64,000 nucleotides of DNA, from IMG/VR virus record IMGVR_UViG_3300042541_001760, positions 62,001 through 126,000 of that record. One strand, written 5' to 3'. Of the stretch, positions 58,853-64,000 are shown piece after piece. How positions within the stretch are numbered: the first letter of the stretch is position 1; every line of letters begins with the position of its first letter. A model generated the notes under the pieces. The model ran no database searches, had not been told where the DNA came from, and worked only from the letters and a program-made list of their open reading frames with translations. The position numbers and the translations under genes were made by a program.

Positions 58853-59518
58853 TTAATCCCACCAATGATCCATCTTTCGTTCAAGTATTTTAAACAAAAG
58901 TTTCTTAGCCTTAATGTGATTATGTAATCCAACTCTGTGAGGTATAATAGATTTATCTGACTCCTTATCTTTGAACTTGTTTTTAACAATTCTTGTTGAG
59001 TTTTTGTAGATATTTAAGTAATCCTCAAAATTTTCTGATATTATATCAGATTTAACTTCATACAACTTACCACCTTTTTCATCCTTACGATCAACCTCAA
59101 CAAAATCAAATGTTGATTCGTAATAATCAAAATACTCGGTATTATAATATTCATTTTTGACTTTATCAATCAAATTCAAAACTATTGTCATATCGCGATT
59201 ATTAATATCAACTCCTGAATGTCTATTATTTGACACAAGATACTCTCTTTGGAGATATATTTTTCTTTCGAGTACGGTGTATATGTATGAGTGATCCCAA
59301 TTCCTGTCTTTCCAAATGGTTGGAATCCAATAATACAAATTAGCGAATCCAACTCCGACATCATTAAGGAAGTTTAGTATTTTCATCAAGAAACTACCGA
59401 TACTTGTATTACGATACTTATCGTATATAAACCAATTAAGTAATGTTATTGGGTTGTAGGTCTTTCTACCGAATGCTGAATCTTTTGGTAAGATTAAAGG
59501 TTTATATTTATTTTCCAT
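58853..59518 (-). CDS. Hypothetical phage protein
   Basis: IWKDRNWDH...HWWD; start moved to MENKY. Confidence 0.7.
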   Translation of the reverse strand: MENKYKPLILPKDSAFGRKTYNPITLLNWFIYDKYRNTSIGSFLMKILNFLNDVGVGFANLYYWIPTIWKDRNWDHSYIYTVLERKIYLQREYLVSNNRHSGVDINNRDMTIVLNLIDKVKNEYYNTEYFDYYESTFDFVEVDRKDEKGGKLYEVKSDIISENFEDYLNIYKNSTRIVKNKFKDKESDKSIIPHRVGLHNHIKAKKLLFKILERKMDHWWD

Positions 59519-59548
59519 AGCACAAATATACATAAAAATATTTAATAA

Positions 59549-59980
59549 TCAAAGGTGTTCTGACATTCTATCCTCAATATCTTCCAATAAGGAAGTATCA
59601 AAAGGAACTCCGTGGCGACCCTCAAAGTTCTCAATAAGAATCTCAATAGAATCGTTAAAATTAAATTTTCTCAATAGGAGATACGCTCCGAGATCAGCTT
59701 CCATTTCATCTTTTTGATTTCTTATCTGATCGTGACCCAAGATAATGTGACTTACTTCGTGAGCCTCAATAAATTTCAAGACATCACCATTAAATCCATC
59801 CTCATTTAGAAATACCTCACCATCAATAAAAACTTTTTTACTATCAGGGGTTACAAAACCATATCCCAAATTATTAAACAATGGCGCGAATGAGTCATAA
59901 TCTTCGTGACCCTTAAAAATTAAAATAATATCCACATCCGGTAGGAAAGTGCTCTTATAACCTGTTACGTCTTCTTCCAT
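59549..59980 (-). CDS. HExxH metallopeptidase-like protein
   Basis: AHEVSH.ILGH...EMEAD. Confidence 0.65.
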   Translation of the reverse strand: MEEDVTGYKSTFLPDVDIILIFKGHEDYDSFAPLFNNLGYGFVTPDSKKVFIDGEVFLNEDGFNGDVLKFIEAHEVSHIILGHDQIRNQKDEMEADLGAYLLLRKFNFNDSIEILIENFEGRHGVPFDTSLLEDIEDRMSEHL

Positions 59981-59982
59981 AA

Positions 59983-60369
59983 TTAAATTACTCCGTTTCT
60001 CTTTAAATATGCGTAACAAGTGCGATAGTGCTTCAATTCGGACTCATAAGCCTCAATTTCCATTGGGTGTGATTCATATGAGAAATTTTTGCTGAGTTTC
60101 TCGTATTTCGCCATATCATTAATTTTTGGCATTTGAAGAAAGTGGGTGTATTCGTGGATAACGACTCTGATTAATCCGGAGATGGATTTGCAGTTGTGAG
60201 CGTAGATAGTGATAAGACGCTCAGAGTATTCTCCTTGACAATCTTTGAACTTATAGTTCTTGCTTACCTCCAAATCAGGTACGAGACCAGATTTTAAAGG
60301 ACTACCAAACTTATTAACACACCATTCGTATGTCTTTTCTACAATCAAACCTTTTCTCATCCGTTTCAT
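59983..60369 (-). CDS. HExxH metallopeptidase-like protein
   Basis: IHEYTHFLQ...HPMEIEA. Confidence 0.65.
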   Translation of the reverse strand: MKRMRKGLIVEKTYEWCVNKFGSPLKSGLVPDLEVSKNYKFKDCQGEYSERLITIYAHNCKSISGLIRVVIHEYTHFLQMPKINDMAKYEKLSKNFSYESHPMEIEAYESELKHYRTCYAYLKRNGVI

Positions 60370-60431
60370 ATCGTTTAGTTTTGTGATGACAAATATACAA
60401 AACTTTCTGATAAACACAAAATAAAATTCGG

Positions 60432-60710
60432 CTATTTTATATTTTCAAATGGTACGGGATTGAAGTTGATTGAAGTAACGTCGTTAAGTGTAGATTTTAT
60501 TATTTTAGTTACCTTATATAATTGATCGAACCATTCAGGGACATTAATATCCTTCCAATCTAAAAGAGCAATATAAACAACATAATGACCCCCATAAACC
60601 TCATTAACCTCACCCACATATAATTTAGGCGCATTAGGCATAGTTTTAGGTATGGTTCTATTACCATATACCTCAATCATTTTTTTAATGAAAATTTTAT
60701 TATTGTCCAT
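60432..60710 (-). CDS. Hypothetical protein
   Basis: 92 aa ORF. Confidence 0.55.
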   Translation of the reverse strand: MDNNKIFIKKMIEVYGNRTIPKTMPNAPKLYVGEVNEVYGGHYVVYIALLDWKDINVPEWFDQLYKVTKIIKSTLNDVTSINFNPVPFENIK

Positions 60711-60711
60711 A

Positions 60712-61011
60712 TTATTTGGTTGATATAATCATATCAATATATTTCTTAATCGTTCTTCTGATAATATCTTCAGATAAATTAGGAAAAGATTCAGAGACGT
60801 AAAGATACATCTTATTTACCAAATATTTCTTATTACCCTCAACAAAATAACGCTTATCATCAACATTAATGAATGTATGATCCTTATCAAGGATTGTTTG
60901 GGTATGAATGGGATAGTGTCTCCTTAAATGAGTCAGGACACCATTATCAGTGTTATCCTTATACTTATTCAGGATATCATCTTTTTCGTCTTGTTCAATT
61001 ACTAACTTCAT
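60712..61011 (-). CDS. Hypothetical protein with leader motif
   Basis: MKLVIEQDEKDDILNKY. Confidence 0.6.
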   Translation of the reverse strand: MKLVIEQDEKDDILNKYKDNTDNGVLTHLRRHYPIHTQTILDKDHTFINVDDKRYFVEGNKKYLVNKMYLYVSESFPNLSEDIIRRTIKKYIDMIISTK

Positions 61012-61027
61012 ATTAGTAAATATACGA

Positions 61028-61918
61028 TTAAAAGTATTTCACCGCACTACCATCCTCAAAAATAAGTATTTTCATACCATCATAATCCATATCAACTTCA
61101 TTACCAACAACATTTAATATCTTGATAGGTCTTTTCAGTTTTATGTTAGTGAAAATTGGGTCATACACTTTATTATTACCATTAAAGTCATACTGAATTA
61201 ATCTATAATAAGAAACACCATCATAAGGAGTTCTATCTAAATATTCATAATCAACTCTGTAGTTTGAATTACCTTTAGATGTAACTTTTGCTACTTGTCT
61301 ATATGTCACCAAATCTTTTGATGTTTCCACAGAAAAATAACTTGAGTTTGACTCGCTCATTGTTGTCCATTTCAACATAACACCCCCTTCTGTTGGTGTT
61401 GCGGTAAATAGAGTTAGATTAACAGGTAATAAAGAAGCGTTTGACCAGTAAGGACAAATTGTTGATAGTCCTTGACAGAAGAAACCAATAGCATTTCCGG
61501 TAACACACCAAACATAACGATTTCCGGTGGTAAGATTATTAAAAAACTGACCTTGACCAACAACAACATCTGATGTCATATCACAAAGAGTTAGTTGTGT
61601 AAAATTTACGGTCGTACAACCAAGAGCGGTAAAACCTGAATTCAAATACACTCCACCTCCTTGAGCAATAAACTCAAAACAAAATGTGAAAGCGATTTGA
61701 GGTTGGTCAAGATAATAACAATACCCATTAGATTCCAAATAACCATACGAGGGGATGGGAGTACTCGATTGGTTCACAGGTCCAATAACTGAATCACACA
61801 TAGATGTGAATCTACCATTAGTTAATGTATCTAACTGAATACTATACAATTGTGATTGTTGAGCACTCAAAGATAAACCAAAACTAAGGAATATTAATAT
61901 GGAAAGTAGAGTTTTCAT
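61028..61918 (-). CDS. Exported Bacteroidota-type protein with LPV Ig-like domain and possible T9SS C-terminal signal
   Basis: Signal peptide MKTLLSIL; LPVNLTLF..W.T.SE.N...F.VE.S.D...YYRL.Q.D. Confidence 0.7.
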   Translation of the reverse strand: MKTLLSILIFLSFGLSLSAQQSQLYSIQLDTLTNGRFTSMCDSVIGPVNQSSTPIPSYGYLESNGYCYYLDQPQIAFTFCFEFIAQGGGVYLNSGFTALGCTTVNFTQLTLCDMTSDVVVGQGQFFNNLTTGNRYVWCVTGNAIGFFCQGLSTICPYWSNASLLPVNLTLFTATPTEGGVMLKWTTMSESNSSYFSVETSKDLVTYRQVAKVTSKGNSNYRVDYEYLDRTPYDGVSYYRLIQYDFNGNNKVYDPIFTNIKLKRPIKILNVVGNEVDMDYDGMKILIFEDGSAVKYF

Positions 61919-62005
61919 ATCTATAAATATCTGGATATTTGTGTTTAGGTGTGCTAATATATAATTAAATTTTGAATAGTAAATACTTTTTATTACATTT
62001 GTCAT

Positions 62006-62473
62006 ATGAATATTTTCGTTTTAGATTGGGATATTAAACAGTGCGCAAAAGACCATTGTGATAAACATTGCGTTAAAATGATTCTTGAGACCGCTCAATT
62101 ATTGTGTGGTGTTCATTGGTTGTTGGGTAATGACGCTCCATATAAATTGAGTCATAGGAATCACCCGTGTTCTATATGGACAAGAAAATCATTAAGTAAC
62201 TATCTTTGGTTATGTGAATTAGGTTTAGAGTTATGTAACGAGTATACTCGTAGGTATGGTAAAACTCATAAGACTAAACAAATACTTGAATGGTGTTTAG
62301 ATAATAAACCTCAAATCCCTGATATAGGTTTTACAGAACCATCATTAGCAATGCCTGACGATTATAAAACTAATGATGTTGTTGAATCTTATAGGAGATA
62401 CTACGTTAATGATAAGAAAGAAATTGCTAAGTGGAAAGATGGATATGTTCCAAGTTGGTTTAAATTATCCTAA
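62006..62473 (+). CDS. Pyrimidine-dimer DNA glycosylase (DenV-like family)
   Basis: MNIFVLD...HCDKHCVKMILETAQLL, HPC..W, EYT.RYGK.H, AMPD. Confidence 0.8.
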   Translation: MNIFVLDWDIKQCAKDHCDKHCVKMILETAQLLCGVHWLLGNDAPYKLSHRNHPCSIWTRKSLSNYLWLCELGLELCNEYTRRYGKTHKTKQILEWCLDNKPQIPDIGFTEPSLAMPDDYKTNDVVESYRRYYVNDKKEIAKWKDGYVPSWFKLS

Positions 62474-63357
62474 GCAGTACAACCACCATCTCTACAGAAT
62501 AAATTCTTTTCTTTTTCTCTTCTTGTTTTTAATCCTGAAAATCCGGCTTTATCTGAGTTGAATGTGAGTATCCTTTTTGATGCCTCAGCAAATTTACCCG
62601 CTCTAACATAATCAATTAAATCGTTTTGGGCTGAATCTCCTCGTATTGATCCACATCCAGCATTAAACGTTAAAGAAGTTAAAGCATCAAACATGCTTTG
62701 AGTTATCGTTCTATTAATGTTATTTCTTTTCCACTCACCGAATATTCTTTTAACGCAATCGGATGCGGTTTTAGTATCCTTTTGTAATAATTGCTCCGCC
62801 TTTGATTGGTTTATTGTCATATTAGGTTTTACATTTTCACCTGTATGACCAAATCCTACGGTCCATTTATCACCTGGTACTCTATAAGATTTTAACATAG
62901 GTTGACAATTAGAACCCGGTTTACCTTCTTCACATTTCAAAAACTTAATAAGTTCTTCGGAAGGTTGTAATGATAAAGGGTCTAGTAATGTTTTTTGTTG
63001 TGATGATGTCTTTTTTTGTGATGGTAATGTATTTTGTTTTTTACCATTTAAAATTAGATTTAAAAGTCCGTTGGTTTTAAAAATATTGTAAATTGTTTTT
63101 TTCTCCTCATCGGTAAACTCATAAGGTTCTAATATTATTTGTTGTAGATTTTGACTATGATTCTTAACTAATATATTATTAACAGAATTTAAAATATTCT
63201 GATTATTTATTAGTTTTAATGCGGAATACATTTTTTCTTCATCCGTACCAACACCACTAACAGACGACCATATAGTGTCGGCAATTTCTTGGGGGTTCGG
63301 GGATTTTAATTGCTCAATTAAAATTTTACACTGACTTTCATTAATTATTAACTTCAT
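62470..63357 (-). CDS. Leader + annexin-like repeat + GH24 lysozyme
   Basis: MKLIINESQ; SVSGVGTDEE; EEG...WTVGFGHT...FDALTSLTFNAG...GL.TRR..E. Confidence 0.8.
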   Translation of the reverse strand: MKLIINESQCKILIEQLKSPNPQEIADTIWSSVSGVGTDEEKMYSALKLINNQNILNSVNNILVKNHSQNLQQIILEPYEFTDEEKKTIYNIFKTNGLLNLILNGKKQNTLPSQKKTSSQQKTLLDPLSLQPSEELIKFLKCEEGKPGSNCQPMLKSYRVPGDKWTVGFGHTGENVKPNMTINQSKAEQLLQKDTKTASDCVKRIFGEWKRNNINRTITQSMFDALTSLTFNAGCGSIRGDSAQNDLIDYVRAGKFAEASKRILTFNSDKAGFSGLKTRREKEKNLFCRDGGCTA

Positions 63358-63430
63358 ACATATAAATATACCGAAGTTGTATTGATATTAAGGATTTTTA
63401 TATTTATGATTTGAAAAAACAGAAACTATT

Positions 63431-63856
63431 ATGAAAAAAATTCAGAGCGGAGACACCGTAAAAGTAAATTACACAGGTAAATTTGAAGATGGATCAGTAT
63501 TTGACACATCTATGGTTGAAGGTAGAGAACCTTTGACAGTAACTTTGGGTCAAGGACAACTTATCCCAGGTTTTGAAAATGGTCTAATTGATATGACTAT
63601 TGGTGAAACAAAAACTATTGAGATTGAACCGAAAGACGCTTATGGTGAACCTGTTGAGGGTATGCTACAAGAGGTTGATAAATCTCAGCTTCCTGAAGAA
63701 CTTGAGGTTGGTGGTATGTTACAAGCACAAGGACCGGAAGGGGTATTTAATGTTGTTATCAAGGAAATTAAAGAAACTACCGTTATTTTGGATGCTAATC
63801 ACCCATTAGCAGGTAAAAAATTGGTATTTGATTTAGAAGTTGTTGAGGTAATGTAA
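63431..63856 (+). CDS. slyD: FKBP-type peptidyl-prolyl isomerase (SlyD-like, no His tail)
   Basis: VNYTGKFEDGSVFDTS, LIPGFE, AYG, DANHPLAGK.L.F. Confidence 0.9.
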   Translation: MKKIQSGDTVKVNYTGKFEDGSVFDTSMVEGREPLTVTLGQGQLIPGFENGLIDMTIGETKTIEIEPKDAYGEPVEGMLQEVDKSQLPEELEVGGMLQAQGPEGVFNVVIKEIKETTVILDANHPLAGKKLVFDLEVVEVM

Positions 63857-63863
63857 TAAATTA

Positions 63864-63891
63864 AAACCCCAATCAAAAGTTGGGGTTTTTT
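63864..63891 (+). terminator. Intrinsic terminator
   Basis: AAAACCCCAAT-CAAAA-GTTGGGGTTTT followed by TT. Confidence 0.75.
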
Positions 63892-64000
63892 AATTATGAA
63901 AGTAACTATTTTAGAATATTTAGGTAAGGGTATGTATTTGGTTATGTCTGATGACGGACAAACCTCAATATGTTCAGAAGAGGATATTGAGAGACTAAGA

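Noticed and set aside
4919-63856. Bacterial chromosome origin, suggested by clpC, purA, folA, slyD and ssrA
   Set aside because: These genes are isolated among phage-type hypotheticals, tail-fibre, lysin and Rnl1 genes with no bacterial operon context. No capsid or terminase gene lies in the window, so phage origin remains an inference.
1-64000. Alternative genetic code (stop-codon reassignment)
   Set aside because: Coding density is high under code 11, TAG and TGA terminate genes at sensible positions, and no suppressor tRNA is present.
1-64000. CRISPR array or cas genes
   Set aside because: No regularly spaced repeat-spacer units or Cas motifs seen; the repeats found are coding or structural.

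Overview
AT-rich 64 kb segment, best explained as part of a large (jumbo-type) tailed phage infecting a Bacteroidota (Flavobacteria-like) host. Evidence: dense small ORFs, tail-fibre-like proteins, several peptidoglycan hydrolases, an Rnl1-type RNA ligase, a DenV-type glycosylase, Bacteroidota TAnnTTTG promoters and T9SS-type proteins, with no rRNA or ribosomal operon. The standard code (11) fits. The window holds a proteostasis block (Hsp20, ClpC-like ATPase, peptidase, tmRNA, SlyD), 7 tRNAs plus a tRNA-like RNA, an ~830-nt GOLLD-like RNA, several unexplained structured RNAs, RNA-repair enzymes and nucleotide-metabolism genes (purA, folA, guaC-like). About 20 proteins share N-terminal leader motifs, mostly downstream of a TATTTAT motif. 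The top observation is an unannotated 24-codon leader peptide (25534-25460, minus) with mutually exclusive terminator and antiterminator hairpins. It sits directly upstream of the tRNA-Glu/Arg/Thr(/Tyr) cluster and its stalling window consists of Thr/Tyr/Arg/Glu codons, so it is a candidate ribosome-mediated attenuator that raises phage tRNA expression when those tRNAs are depleted. All calls were made by eye from motifs, with no database searches.
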